Below are positions 1 through 12,630 of a DNA stretch of 64,000 nucleotides, one piece after another. Both the position numbers and the translations under genes were made by a program. The stretch comes from Octopus vulgaris (lineage: Eukaryota), in assembly GCA_951406725.2 (NCBI GenBank), contig OX597820.1, positions 3,906,001-3,970,000 on the forward strand, given 5' to 3'. The notes beneath the pieces are model-generated. The model was not told the origin of the DNA. It searched no databases and saw only the letters and a program-made list of their open reading frames with translations. Each line of letters starts with the position of its first letter. Within the stretch, counting starts at the first letter, position 1.

Positions 1-300
1 TTTGTGGGTTTGAAATCCAGTAGGGCTATGAGGGGGGGAAGTGAAATTGGGCTTTAGGTTGACTTAGGACATGTTTGAACAATCAGAAATCATTAGAATA
101 GACAGAGAGAGGAAACCGGGGATCCGGGACCCAGGAGTTGCAGTGTATCGGTGAGTGAGTGTTGACCAGTCAGCTAGATGAGGTGGGGTGTTTGCAGTGT
201 TGCCTCAGATATTGAGTAATATGGGACCCTAATGGAGCAGCAGGGACCGAGCAAATGATGATGACTGAGACACTTTCAGATCCTGAAGAGGAAGTTTAAC
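1..300 (-). mobile_element. Degraded CR1/L2-like RT remnant
   Basis: Minus strand shows an eroded VPQGS.LGPLL-like stretch near 230-280. Confidence 0.3.
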
Positions 301-1863
301 CTTTGGGATATAGTTTCCACCTTCTAATGGATGGACAGATGGTTCATCATCATCATTTAACATCCATTTTTCCATGCTGGCATGGGTTGGACGGTTCAAC
401 TGGGGTCTGGCAAGCCAGATAGCTGCACCTGGCTCCAGTCTTGATCTGGCAGAGTTTCTACAGCTGGATGCCCTCCCTAACGCCAACCACTCTGAGAGTG
501 CAGTGGGTGCCTTTTACATGCCACCGGCACGAGGGCTAGTTAGGCGGAACTGGCATCGACCACGCTCGAATGGTGCTTTTTATGTGCCACTGGCACGGGA
601 GCCAGTCAGGTGGCACTGGCAATATATATACATGTTGTGATAAAGAATTTGAGAGTTTTAGTTGTGTATTTTCATGTATTAATGGAGTGTTACTCTGGGA
701 AATTCATTTTTATTATCATCTTTTAACGTGTCTTCCATACTGGCATCGGCTGGACTGTTCAACACGATTCACCAAGTGGCAAGACTGCATCAGGCTCTGT
801 TTTGGTGCTAATTAAAAAAAGTTGTTTTTATTTCCACTGTGAAGAATTACCTGTGTGAAATCTTCTTTACCTTACCTTTGAGCTATGTTTGTTTGACACC
901 ATCTCTGGCATTTCTTCCCATGTTATTTATCTGTAATGCATGCTCATGTCAGTACAGTTTTCCATTCCTGCATTTCTTGACCAATACCCATTCTTTGAAA
1001 CCTGACTGTTTTTTGTTTAGAATTGCTATGAAAACAACATCTCAAACTCACTTGTTTGTCTCTGAGCCATTCTTTCATCACATTGTTTATAGAAATCTAC
1101 ATTAATGTGGCGAGCTGGCAGGAACGTTAGTACACCGGGCGAAATGCGTAGCCATATTTCGTCTGTTGCTACGTTCTGAGTTCAAATTCTGCCGAGGTCG
1201 ACTTTGCCTTTCATCCTTTCAGGGTCGATTAAATAAGTACTAGTTACGCACTGGGGTCAATATAATCGACTTAATCCGTGTGTCTGTCCTTGTTTGTCCT
1301 CTCTGTGTTTAGCCCCTTGTGGGTAGTAAAGAAATAGTTATTTTGTCTGTCTTTACGTTCTGAGTTCAAATTCCACCGAGGTCAACTTTGCCTTTCATCC
1401 TTTTGGGGGAGTCGATAAACTAAGTACCAGTTGTGCACTGGGATCGATCTATTCGACTGGCTTCCTGCCCCAAAATTTTCGGGCCTTGTGCCTAGAGTAG
1501 AAAATATACAAAACTACATCACATCTTAATCATTTTTGCCTTGGGTCTGGTGAAGCTAACAAATCACGAGTATCTACCTGTCTATTATTAAATAATCAGC
1601 AAAAGTCACAGAGTGACTCAAGGGCCGAGAGTTTCATGCATTGGCATGTATCAAAACTTAGCTTAATAATTCATGTCGGAAAGAAATATAACAAGTTATT
1701 TTAAAGGAATGGTTATTCGTATTTTACCTTTGAAAGTTCCAATCAGATTGTTTGAAATCATCATCATCATCATCATTTAGCGTCCACTTTCCATGCTAGC
1801 ATGGGTTGGACAGTTCAACTGGGGTCTGTGAAGCCAGAAGGCTGCATCAGGCCCAGTCTGATC

Positions 1864-2208
1864 TGGCAGTGTTTCTACGGCTGGATGCCCTTCCTAACGC
1901 CAACCACTCCGTGAGTGTAGTGGGTGCTTTTTTACGTGCCACCCACACAGGTGCCAGATGGAGCTGGCAAATGGCCACGGACGGATGGTGCTTTTTACGT
2001 GCCACCGTCACGGGGGCCAGGCGAGTCTGGCAATGGCCACGATCGGATGGTGCTTTTTTCTTTGCCGGTGGCACGTAAAAAGCACCATCCAATCGTGGCT
2101 GTTTGCCAGCTCTGTCTGGCACCTGTGCGGGTGGCACGTAAAAAGCACCCACTACACTCACGGAGTGGTTGGCGTTAGGAAGGGCATCCAGCCGTAGAAA
2201 CACTGCCA
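1864..2208. repeat. Inverted pair of family C repeats (~140-bp arms, ~58-nt spacer)
   Basis: 1864-2007 is the reverse complement of 2066-2208 with few mismatches. Confidence 0.85.
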
Positions 2209-2350
2209 AATACTTTGGAAAAAACACTAACGTTATGAATTTTTAGCATTTTGTGTCATGTGATTTTTTTTCATGCCATAATTAATTAGGTTTAAATTAA
2301 TGAAGATTTTAGTTAAACATTGTTTTTATTTTGCAACCATTTTCTTGTAG

Positions 2351-2423
2351 TTTGCTGGATTTTCCGCAGAGGCATTAACAAATAGAATCCTTGATGCCAA
2401 GTGCTGTGCAATTGTGACTGCAG
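2351..2423 (+). CDS. ACSS2: Acetyl-CoA synthetase (ACSS2-like), first internal exon in window
   Basis: ag|TTT...GCAG|gt; translates FAGFSAEALTNRILDAKCCAIVTA(D), matching the ACS FAGFS motif. Phase 1 end fits the exon at 20560. Confidence 0.9.
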
Positions 2424-3391
2424 GTGATTCTTAGAGTGATCTTTGTTGCTTTGCGTCTTCACACTAACTGCTTGGTGCTCTCTTTACACTAAAATCCGAA
2501 CCAACAAAATCTGCACAACTCATCCGATGTTTTTGTTTCTAAATTTTTCAATGTCAAATTCTTAACAGAAACGATTCTTTAAAAACTAATATCATTTAGA
2601 ACTGTACAATAGCCACAGAAAGCATTTACAAACACACACGTGAGTCTATACATATAAGTGTATACACTTATAGATTCTCAATACCTGCATGTATGTGTAT
2701 TTGAGTGTGTATGTGCATACATAGAAAGCACATTCACATCTACACATACACACACATATCTATATTAATTAATAATTAAAGGAAGTAACAAGCAGTACCA
2801 GCATGCTAAATATAGCAGTCAAAATGCTTGTTAGTACCCTTAATTATTAATTGATAAATTTTTTACCGTTATGGGTTTTTTTTTCCACATGCTAAGCCAC
2901 TGGTATTATTATAGACATTATTATAATGGGTGTCACAAGGCTTTGATTGGCCCAAGGCTATAGCAGAAGACACTTGCCCAAAGTGCCACAGAGTAGGACT
3001 GAACCTGAAACCACGTGGGTTGGGAAGCAACCTTCTTACCACACAGCCACACTATCACTTACATGATATCCTCCTATATATTTATATATAGATGTATTAT
3101 TTTTGCTTGTGCATAGCATTACTAATAACCTGGTGTTAGAATTCAGTATGCATATGCTCTAGAACAAAACATCAGTCAAGTACAGAGCAGAGTAATATGG
3201 AATTAAAATGACAAGGAACTCTTATAGCATATTGTAGCAGAAACTGCTGTAAGCTACTGAAATGCATGGCATAATTATTTATTTCTTTGTCATTTTAGTT
3301 TCTTATGTGTGTGTGTGTGTGTATATATGCATGCATGTATGTATATGCATGTGTTAATGCGTATCTATACACATGTGTATGTATCTATTAA

Positions 3392-3568
3392 CCCTTTAGT
3401 GTTCAGATTACTCTGTTAAATGTAATATTTTTTTACTCAAATTGTTTTTAATTAATCTTGCATTATCTTATGGCTTTTGAGGTTTCAATGATGTGATTGT
3501 TTATTTTTAGAATGTCAATGTAGGTTAGGTGTGAGAGGCCAGATATGGCTGGTTTAAACACTAAAGGG
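3392..3568. mobile_element. piggyBac-like MITE with TTAA TSD; related copies ~18521-18740, 23727-23940, 28735-28945, 58645-58830
   Basis: TTAA|CCCTTTAG...CTAAAGGG|TTAA. Confidence 0.8.
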
Positions 3569-4760
3569 TTAAGTAACATAAGTTTATAAATTAATTCTAT
3601 ATTACACTAATTGCCAAACTTACACCACCAGAAAGTTTTCTTCTGGATATTAACCAATACAGAAATGGTCTGAAGCAGCATGAGTGATTGTGTTTAATTC
3701 TTAACGAGCATCCTAATTAGAAACACTCTAGCCATAATCATCCAATCTCAACGTTTTTAATCTATCTAGGACCATATTAATCGTGTTGCTTTTTGTTTTG
3801 TTTCTTAAGACATTAAGGTGTGATTTGAGGGAGATTTAGCTGCTATTTGCTGCAGGTTGAATGACTATGTTGAGGTTCTGTTGCTGGGTTAATAATGGTT
3901 TTTAACTGCACTGAAGCTATGTGGGACTCCACGATTCCTTCGCTTAATAAAACTTGCATGTTTTCTCTTAATCTTGAAACCGTTTTATTACTAGAAATAT
4001 TCTTGTATTTCTATTTGTATAAATATATGTATTTGTGTGTCTGTGTGTGCATATATGTATTTGTCTCTGTGTGTATACAAATGTATGTATATCATCATCG
4101 TTTAATGCCAGTTTTCCTTGCTGGCATGGGTTGGACAGTTTGACGGGAGGTGGCCAGCTGAAGAGCTTCCCAGGCCCCGTGTCTGTTTTGGCATGGTTTC
4201 TATAGATGGATGCCCTTCTTAATGCCAACCACCTTATACAGTTTACTGATTGCTTTTACGCAGCACCAACACAGGTGCTTATTACATGTCTTCAGTGCCC
4301 ACGAGCCTGCAAAGTTAGGGTTGTTTAGCTGAAGAGAGATGCAGGGGGCATAGCTGGATGCAAGAACAACCGTGATTTTGCTTAGCTTGGTGTGTCTTCT
4401 CAAGCACAGTAGACTGCCTGAAGTTTCAGTCCCCTGTCATCCTCTCTGTGAGGCCCAACGTCAGAAGATCCTTTCCCTCCATATATGTGTGCATATAGAG
4501 TGTTAGGTGTGGTGTACAGAATTGAATATTGAGAAAAAAAGTTGTCAGAATTTTGGGGAAAAAATTCTTTTATTTCTTAAAAAAACAAAACAAAAACAGA
4601 AACAATGTTCTCTTCTAACCCCCCCCCCCCCGCAAAAAAAAAATCTGTTTTATATAAATGAACAAGCTGTTTGTACATTCACAAAATTGTATTTGACAAA
4701 TTCTAGAGAGGAACGAAAGCGATAATAATAATGAAGAAATAAAAGGATTTTTTCCCAAAA

Positions 4761-4801
<41 letters not shown>

Positions 4802-4817
4802 TATATATATGTATATA

Positions 4818-4866
<49 letters not shown>

Positions 4867-5814
4867 GTATATGAATTAAAAAAAGAGAATTTGGATAAAA
4901 ACTATTCATTTAGTGCTTTCATCCCGTTCACCATGACTAATCTCTGAAAGGGATGAAAGTGCTGGATAAGCTGGTTTTATCCAAATCCTGATTAGCTTCT
5001 TTTTCTTAATATATAAAATCTGTACAGTTCTTTAAACAATCTATACCAACTTACATATATATATATGCGTGTGTGTGTGTGTGGGGGGGGGGCACCCATG
5101 CCAGTGCTGCATAAGTGTACCCAGCACACTCTGTAAAGTGGTTGGCATTAGGAAGGGCATCAAGTTGTAGAAACCAGGCCAAAACAGACGACTGGAGCCT
5201 GGCTTACCAGGTCTGGTCAAACCGTCCAACCCATGCCAGCATGGAAAGCTGATGTATGATGATGATGACGTTAGGTAATTGCTTTGTTAGTTGTTGACAG
5301 GAAATGGCTAAGATCTCATAACTTTCTCACAGCATATCTTAAAATGTTTTATCAAAAACAAATTATTGGAAAATCTCAGCTAATTTTATTCTTTTGGTAT
5401 TTGGTTTCTGTGATGTCAGATTCATTTAGGGCAATGGCACTCAACAAGGCCCCTTATGGCTCTTTAGGGTCCATATAAGATTCCGTTAAAATTTATCTGT
5501 GAGTGATAGTGTGGCTGTGTGGTAAGAAGCTTACTTCCCAACCACATGGTTTCAGGTTCAGTCCTACTGTGTGGCACTTTGGGCAAATGTCTTCTGCTAT
5601 AGCCTTGGGCCAATCAAAGCCTTGTGACACCCATTATACTCTTAGAGTGGTTGGCATTCAGCCGTAGAAACCATGCCAAATCAGACTGGAGTCTAGTGCA
5701 GCCTTCCAGCTGGCCAGTCCTGGTCAAAGTGTCCAACCCATGCCAGCATGGACAACAGACAAATCAAATCACAATCAAATGGAAATTGTAGTTGTGGCCG
5801 ATGCCAGTGTCACC

Positions 5815-6205
5815 TTACTGGCTCCTGTGCTGGTGACATGCAATAAGCACCATCTGAACATGGTCGATGCCAGCCCCCCTGCCCTGACTGGCTCCTGTGC
5901 CAGTAGCATGTAAAAAGCACCATCCGAACGTGGCCAATGCCAGTGCTGCCTGACTGGCTCCTGTGCCAGTGCTGCCTGACTGGCTCCTGTGCCAGTAGCA
6001 TGTAAAAAGCACCATCTGAACATGGTCGATGCCAGCCCCCCTGCCCTGACTGGCTCCTGTGCCAGTGCTGCCTGACTGGCTCCTGTGCCAGTAGCATGTA
6101 AAAAGCACCATCTGAACATGGTCGATGCCAGCCCCCCTGCCCTGACTGGCTCCTGTGCCAGTGCTGCCTGACTGGCTCCTGTGCCGGTGGCATGTAAAAA
6201 GCACC
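5815..6205. repeat. Minisatellite expansion inside a family C repeat
   Basis: Repeated CTGACTGGCTCCTGTGCCAGT units in a ~90-bp higher-order period. Confidence 0.85.
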
Positions 6206-7026
6206 CACTACACTCTCGGAGTGGTTGGTGTTAGGAAGGACATCCAGCTGTAGAAACTCTGCCAGATCAAGATTGGAGCCTGGTGCAGCCTCCTGGCTTG
6301 CCAGTCTCCAGTCAAGCCATCCAACCCATGCCAGCCTGGAATATGGATGTTAAACGATGATGAGTTAAAATATAACATGTTTTTTTTAAGAATCACATAG
6401 CCAGGAGGGTCCCTTTGAGTAGAATAGGCACCAAAGGGGTCCATAGGTAAGAAAATGGTTGAGGGTGGGGAAGAGGTGGGATAAATTCCCCTCTATTTAG
6501 AGGACTGTGTTAGTGAATGCATGAAGAAACAAATGGGACGTCGTTAATTAAAAGTACTTGTCATGCATGATGAGCAGAGTGTGACCAGCAGTGGGAGCAG
6601 CATTATGTAAGATGTGTTGAGTGCAGCATTTGGGGGTTGGACTTAAGAAACTCTTGCATTTGGTTGGCAATTTATGTTGAGATATGTACATGTATCACAT
6701 AATCAACCAGACAATCAGATGTTGTTATACATCACTGGTCACAATGCACTTTGCATTGCTTTAGCTTTCAAATAACGTCACTCCACTTCTGTTACACACA
6801 CACACACACTATATATATGTGTGTGTGTGTGTGTGGTTTTTGTTATGCGGTGTCGATTTTTACAATTCTGTAAATAATAATAATAATAGCATTTTATAAG
6901 CTGTGGGAAAACCTACTTTTTTCCATCGAGGTGTTATATGCCCCATTATTAGACTATTTTCTTTAGCATGGTGATCGCTTATAAGCTTTAAGATTATAAA
7001 ATACTATTATATATATATATATATAT

Positions 7027-7378
7027 CATCATCATCGTCGTTTAACGTCCGTTTTCCATGCTAGCACGGGTTGGACGGTTCGATCGGGGTCTGGGAAGCC
7101 AGGAGGCTGCACCAGGCTCCAGTCTGATCTAGTAGTGTTTCTACAGCTGGATGCCCTTCCTAACGCCAATCACTCCGAGAGTGTAGTGGGTGCTTTTTAC
7201 GTGCCACCGGCACAGGTGCCAGGCGAGGCTGGCAATGGCCACGATCGGATTGGTGCTTTTTACGTGCCACCGACACGGAAGCCAGTCAAGGCAGCGCTGG
7301 CATCGGCCACGTTCGGATGGTGCTTTTTACGTGCCACCGGCACAGAAGCCAGTCGAGGTGGCGCTGGCATCGGCCAAG
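7027..7378 (-). mobile_element. RTE 3'-tail repeat family C (representative of >20 copies)
   Basis: GGTTGGCGTTAGGAAGGGCATCCAG...CCAACCC.TGCTAGCATGGAAAACGGACGTTAAA(C/T)GATGATGATG; same sequence as the RTE 3' end at 17420-17805. Confidence 0.85.
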
Positions 7379-10300
7379 TGTGTGTGTGTGAGTATTAGGT
7401 TTAGTCAATCAAGTTGACTCCAGTATTATTTTTTTAATTATGGCACTAATTCTATCGGCCCCTTTTGCCTAACTGCTAAAATACAGGGACATAACCATCA
7501 GGTAGCCTTTAAAGTAAGTTTCCCTGGGGCCTCAAAGTATTCGCTATGATATTAAATGCACTGTCATATAATGGAGGGAAACTAAGATGCTACTTATAAG
7601 TTGAAGAGAAGCTGCATATCTTTACATCCAAATTAAACAGATTAAATAAAAGAAATTAATTAATAGTAAGATGTTTACATCTACTTAGAGGGACCTTCAA
7701 AACCTTCCCAAATAAAAGGGGGACTGGTTAATGTACCCAAATATAATATGTTGCATCTGCCTTTCTTAGTCTGTTATATTTAGTATTCTTATGCAGCTAG
7801 TATTTAGTAGCAGTTACACTAATATTTATTTTGTAAGGCATCGAGCTGGCAGAAACATTAGCACACCAGATGAAATGCTTAGTGGTATTTCGCCTGTCTT
7901 TACGTTCTGAGTTCAAATTCTGCCAAGGTCAGCTTTGCATTTCATCCTTTCGGGAGTCGATAGATTAAATACCAGTTGCGTACTGCAATTGATCTAATCA
8001 ACTGGTCCCCTCCCCAGAATTTTCGGGCCTTGTGCCTAGCGTAGAAAGGAATATTTATTTTCTCTAATTATTTTAGTTATCTTAATTTCTTAATTTTCTA
8101 ATTTTTATTATTATTATTATTATTATTATATTTTAGTTATTGTTTTTGTCATTGATATTATTATTATTATTATTATTATTTGAATTTTTTTAATCTGTAA
8201 ATAGATTGTTTAATTATTTTTTAAACACTTTTTAGTCTTTTTAATCACTTCTTAATTTATTAATTTTTTTTTTTATCTAAGTTTATCTTAGTCATATCAG
8301 AATTATTCTAATTTTTTATATTCTTTTAAGGAAAATGATTCTTCTGACATTGAATGTCTTCGTTAGCCAATAATATATCAGTTTATTTTCTGTTTGAATT
8401 CTCATTAACTCTTCCTGTCTTCTTCTACTCATAGTTTATATTTAGATATAATACTGATCAAATGACATTTCCATTGTGGCTTAAACAATTTCCTACAGAA
8501 CAGCTCGGTCCTACACACCTCCTCTCTCTATTTGAATTAATCAGTAGTAATTTAAATGCTGCAGGAATTTTTGCCATAAACATTCATCAAATTGACAAAT
8601 GATTTAAGAAACAAAATGTCGTATTACATTTCTACCATGACCCAATAACTATTCTTCCTAAGCAGATCTGCTGAAATAACTTCCCTTATGGCTTATACTG
8701 GTCACATGTTTCTAGTTTTACAACTTTCTATCTCCCTTAAAACATTCTCGATTCCAAGTTGTGCTGTATAGTTTTGAAAAGGATAGTATGGTGCTTAAAC
8801 TCTGTAGAATCCCAGTTGATCAGAAATGGGACTGATTAATAGGCATAATTACTGCATCATAGAATTTTTTAATTTGCTAGATTATCTGAAAAACACATAA
8901 GTGACTTAAAGAATATGTAATTCTCCATTCTTCGTATTTCTCTTCTTTACTCTGTGATCTTGTACTAAATATATTTGGTATCTGAATTTTGGATTGACAT
9001 ATTGGACAGACAGCAGAGAGAAATTTTATGGTCTGTGTAGATTAAAATGGCTTTTACTGGACAATTTAGCCAAGTTTGTTCCCTACAGAATGCTTCTAAA
9101 GTATTCATCTGAATTTTTAATCCCTTTTCCATTGTGTGTGTGTGCATGCATGTGTGTGTATGGGGAGAGAGAGAGAGAGAGATACAAAGTGTTATCAGAT
9201 TTTCTTGATACATATGTTGCATAAATCCTATTCTCTCAGTAGGCTGCCATCCAATGATCATTGCCTGCATGTGCACACTGCCAGTGAGCAGCACAAAGAC
9301 AGCATGTATTTATTTCTTTATTGTCCACAGGGGGCTAAACACAGAAGGGACAAACAAGGACAGACAAAGGGATTATGTCGATTACATCGACCCCAGTGTG
9401 TAACTGGTACTTATTCAATCGACCCCGAAAGGATGAAAGGCAAATTCAACCTTGGCGGTATTTGAACTCAGAACATAATGGCAGACGAAATGCCGCTAAG
9501 CATTTCACTTGGCATGCTAACGTTTCTGCCAGCATGTATGCCTAGACATTTTCTCATATTACATTCATATACAAAATTGGTTGAGCAGCCCATCGTTGCT
9601 GGGCAACTTTTACAATAAAATCATCATCATTGTCTTATATGAATTTTGGTTTATTCCCTGTCAGGCCTTCCCTGGCAGTTAGGCCTCTTGATCAGGACAG
9701 ATTTGTGCAATTTTTTGCAAAAAAGATACTTTGTTGAGAATTCTTCCCTTTTTAAACTATTTACATGTCAGCTTGACCGTTTCACAAGACATAATTCGTT
9801 AAAACTTACCAAAACTTCAGAAGTTCTTACACTTTGGTTGTTGTAATGCTTTCCTTTCTTTTGTTTAATAAAAATTCCTCCTCATAATGATTTTGCTTTC
9901 ATTCTGTGATTGACAACTGTCACGCAGAAAATGCCAGCTTCCAAACCCTGTTTTCTGATTAGGTAAAATTGATTAAACTTTAAACCTCTGTAATATTTTC
10001 CTGCAATTTTTCAGGAATAAATAAATAAGAAAATTTAATTTAATGTGGAAAATCATTTCAATACACCAAATTTGAAAATTTTAATATAATTTTAAAATTT
10101 CATGAAATGTGACAGCAACAGGGAGGACCTGACAGAAATAGGGAGAGGGGCAGTTGTAGACACACAGACACACATTTACAAATGTACCCAGGTAATCACG
10201 AATTTAAAATGGTGTATAGTAGACATATGAATGTGTGTCTATGTGTGAGTGTTTCTTAGCGATGGACAACAGAAATGCCACCTGTGAACAATTGTTGTCA

Positions 10301-12389
10301 ACTTACCCCCCCCCCCTCCTTAAAGCTATGTATTCCTCATACCCACCTTTATTTCCCTTCCTCAGCATTTTAAAAGTTACTTGTGTGTGGCGGGGGGGGA
10401 TGTATCTATGTATTTATGAAAGTCTACGAGATGTGTGTATACCCCTGAATGACAGCTGTATTAATGTTATCGTCCCATTGCCACTCCATATTTGTTACTT
10501 ACACAACTCTGTTTTTCCCTTTCTTGATATCAGTCATTCTCCCTATGCCACCTGACTACCCTCACACTAACACTCTGGCACCCTTCTCATTTTATCAAAT
10601 AATAGCCTGTCCTACCATTTCAGCTTTATAAGTTATTAGATGGCATGAGATAAATACACGCACACACATATGCACACACGCACACATTGGTATAGTTTGA
10701 TAGACAGATAATAGAGAGGTGTATAGAATGACTTTAACTATGACAGCTATGACAAATCTACGAACATGTTTACATATTTATATTTGTATTGTTTTATACT
10801 GTAAATTATGGAGGATGTAGGAGTTAATATTTATGTATTTATTTAATCCATCTGTGCTAATATTCTTGATAATAAGCCACTGTTACAATCAAGGATTTTT
10901 AGGGATTCAATTAAAAGCATTTGCTTTTTAAATTTAATTGGTGGTAATTAAGCTCATGTTTAGAACATGACTACCAGGTCTTTTGAAATTTGGAGAAGGG
11001 ATTTCATTTAAATACATTTTAAAACAGACTGTTTTGTACCAAAGAACAGCAGACAAGTTGGTTTCAAAGCATTTAATTCTATGGTAGATTTAAACCCACC
11101 CGAAGCAGCCTCAGTTCTGTGATACAAATCCACTATTTAAATCCTTTTGTTGCTATGATTCTGTTGAAACTTGTCAGTTAATTTTGAAAATAAAAAAGAA
11201 TTTAATAAAAACTGTGATTTAGAATGAAAATTGGTTTGAAATTTTTATGGCAGGATCTAATTTAGATCACTTTAAACAGGAGATTGTATCCATAGAACCA
11301 AGGACAATTATAGGTGGATTCATTCTTGATTTAAAGCCATCATCTTAATTTAATGTAATAAAACTTCCGTTCAAATATGTCCGTTTTCCAGTTTAATGAA
11401 AATAGGTTATTTTTACTAAATCCTTAACTTCTGATTATTTTCAAAATTGAGACCAATAGGTTGTGTATTTCATTAGAAATATGATCACTAAAAGACTAAT
11501 TAATTGTTTTACTAATTGAAAGTTGTTTTTGTGTTTTGTGCATGAATTTCATTTGTTGAATATTGTTAATGTCTCATCACTGCTAATTAATTTGGTTCAT
11601 TTTATTGTTTGTTAACACTTCTATTTCTCATTAATTGGAAGATCTTGTGGTTTTATGCATGCATTTCCTAATAAATAGATTTATTAAAAAAACGTGTTTT
11701 GTCTTACCAGAATTCAAAATGGTAAGTTTTTGTGTTTTGAGCAAAAGGAATTTAGTTTTCTCCTTCTTTGTTTGTTGTTCATTCTAGTGATTATTTTGGT
11801 ATCTTTTTCCAAAATATTTCCTGTGAACATTGATCTTTGCATCTTCTGGTTCCTTTGGTTCAACCAAAAACCATAGAACAAGAATGCAGAAACTCTCATG
11901 TAACATATGGTCCTTGATATGAATATTTACAGAGTATAAGGTGGCAAGCAGGTAGGATCGTTAGCATACCTGACAAAATGCTTCACAGTATTTCATCCAT
12001 CTTAAAGTTCTGGGTTCAAATTCTGCTGAGGTCCACTTTGCCTTTCATCCTTTTGGGGTTCATAAAATAAGTACCAGTTGAATACTGGGGTCGATCTAAT
12101 CGAGTTTTAGCCTTACGCCAAAATTTCACACCAATATTTACAGAGTACAGAATTCATGGTTGTCCAAGAATTTATTTAACTTCTTTTTTATAGACATTTA
12201 TGGAAAAACATTTTCTAAGATGAGCAAACTGGATTTTGTAGGAATCTCCTTGATAGTTTTATTTTGCCTTTATTTCTTTATTTGAATTAATTTCAATATA
12301 TCCATGCACAGTAGTGAAAGAGAGGCAATGAATGCAGAGTATGGCTACTCTGTACATATGTCCATCATCATTTAATATCTATTTTCCCA

Positions 12390-12630
12390 TGCTGGTACCA
12401 CATAAAAAGCACCTGTGCTGGTGTCACATAAAAAGATCCCATGCTGGTGTCACATAAAAAGCACCTGTGCTGGTGTCACATAGAAAGCACCTGTGCTGGT
12501 GTCACATAGAAAGCACCTGTGCTGGTGTCACATAAAAAGCACCTGTGCTGGTGTCACATAAAAAGCACCTGTGCTGGTGTCACATAGAAAGCACCTGTGC
12601 TGATGCCACATAAAAAGCACCCATGCTGGT
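12390..12630. repeat. 26-bp tandem repeat (about 9 copies) inside a family C repeat
   Basis: GCACCTGTGCTGGTGTCACATA(A/G)AAA units. Confidence 0.9.

Noticed and set aside
840-1100. Minus-strand donor-like site and coding-like composition (similar at 8340-9000, 9800-9960 and 19214-19610)
   Set aside because: Stops in every frame tested; could not build a nested gene.
1107-1200. tRNA-like A/B boxes
   Set aside because: Heads of multicopy SINEs; no cloverleaf, so not called tRNA genes.
5775-6208. Long repetitive ORFs (QEPVRQHWH, GAFYMPPA etc.) here and at many family C copies
   Set aside because: Translations of a tandemly expanded retroelement UTR, open in several frames and with no splice context.
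12390-12630. CRISPR-like regular repeats
   Set aside because: Head-to-tail units with no unique spacers, eukaryotic context and no cas genes.
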